Source of the DNA: Callorhinchus milii
Taxonomy: Eukaryota
Assembly (NCBI RefSeq): GCF_018977255.1
Contig: NW_024704742.1
Coordinates: forward strand, 118,298,001 to 118,362,000
Length of the DNA stretch: 64,000 bases
Direction: 5' to 3'
Positions 63,221-64,000 of the stretch are shown here, one piece after another. Each line of letters begins with the position of its first letter. Position 1 is the stretch's first letter. The position numbers were made by a program, and so were the translations under genes. The notes under the pieces are model-generated. The model was not told where the DNA came from, did not search any database, and saw only the letters and a program-made list of their open reading frames with translations.

Positions 63221-64000
63221 GTTCATGTCGGTCATGTTACTTCCAAGAGTTTCAAAGATGGGGGTGGGGCTGAGGTGCGTGGTGATGGTGGGGGAGAAGA
63301 TGGTTAAAATTGCGGTCAAGCAGATTCAACAATAATAGCAACAAGATTAAATTAGATTTGTAAGAGCCTTTCACGTCGGAAGGACGGATGAAAAAAAAAT
63401 GGGTCATTCACTTCCTCGCTGTTTGTGGGACATTGCTGTTCGCAAATTGCTGTGGAAAAAATGCACAGTCATTATACTTTATAGTATGTATCCCGTGGAG
63501 CACTTTCCCATGTGAAATGCACTAGGATTATTAGGATTATTTAGGATTATTATTTTTATTATTTAAATTTGCTCAAGTCAGTTAATTGTAGGGCAGGTTT
63601 TTATAACCAAAATCCCAGGAGAGAGTAAAATTATTTTAAAGTACCTTCAGGGGAGAAGGATGAAGGAAAGAAAACTGGCCAGGGGAAAAAAGAGAAATTC
63701 TAGCGGAATTATTAAAGCAGTATTTTGGAATGACTCTGTTAATGAAGATCCTGTGCTTTTCATTTTTTTTCTCTGTTGAGGATCTTGCCAGAAATTAATG
63801 GCTTTCTCAGAATACTTTAGTTTTTTTCCCAAATATCTGCAATTTCAATTTGGTGGGAGACGGTGGAAATACACTCCTCAAAAATGTTCCTCAAAATTCT
63901 GAGATCAGTTTTTCTAAGTAACAACATGATGCCCGTTGAAGTACATTGTATTCAAGCCTCATGATGACTCCTATCCCATTATATTTCAGTTTTTCCAACA

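Noticed and set aside
1..64000. CRISPR arrays, operons or prokaryotic defence systems
   Set aside because: The sequence is eukaryotic repeat-rich DNA; no regularly spaced identical repeats with unique spacers and no dense ORF clusters

Overview
This is vertebrate, intron/intergenic-type genomic DNA, not prokaryotic. The repeat complement points to a cartilaginous fish, probably a chimaera (inference): tRNA-headed SINEs with a Deu-domain-like body and L2-type tails, L2 and CR1 LINE fragments, Penelope-like elements and a Tigger/pogo-type MITE. A large share of the window is transposon debris, and almost all ORFs in the supplied track come from repeats or are spurious. No complete or nameable host gene is visible. 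Several unique segments between 1 and 42.6 kb end in minus-strand splice donors, consistent with the 5' region of one minus-strand gene with alternative first exons. The best coding candidate is 32615-32850. The top candidate promoter (~42.4-42.7 kb) sits between a ~0.9 kb G-quadruplex-prone array and a ~0.6 kb polypurine tract. The most notable items are: a Penelope element carrying an apparently intact minimal hammerhead ribozyme; a neighbouring ~210 bp palindromic Penelope derivative with a 16 bp TSD whose arms join at the ribozyme core; two locally templated insertions; recurrent insertions at one motif of the SINE; and a directly visible SINE/L2 shared 3' tail. I did not find a convincing novel multi-gene system. 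Repeat boundaries are read by eye (roughly +/-10-20 bp unless a TSD is given), and family names come from recalled consensus features, not database searches.
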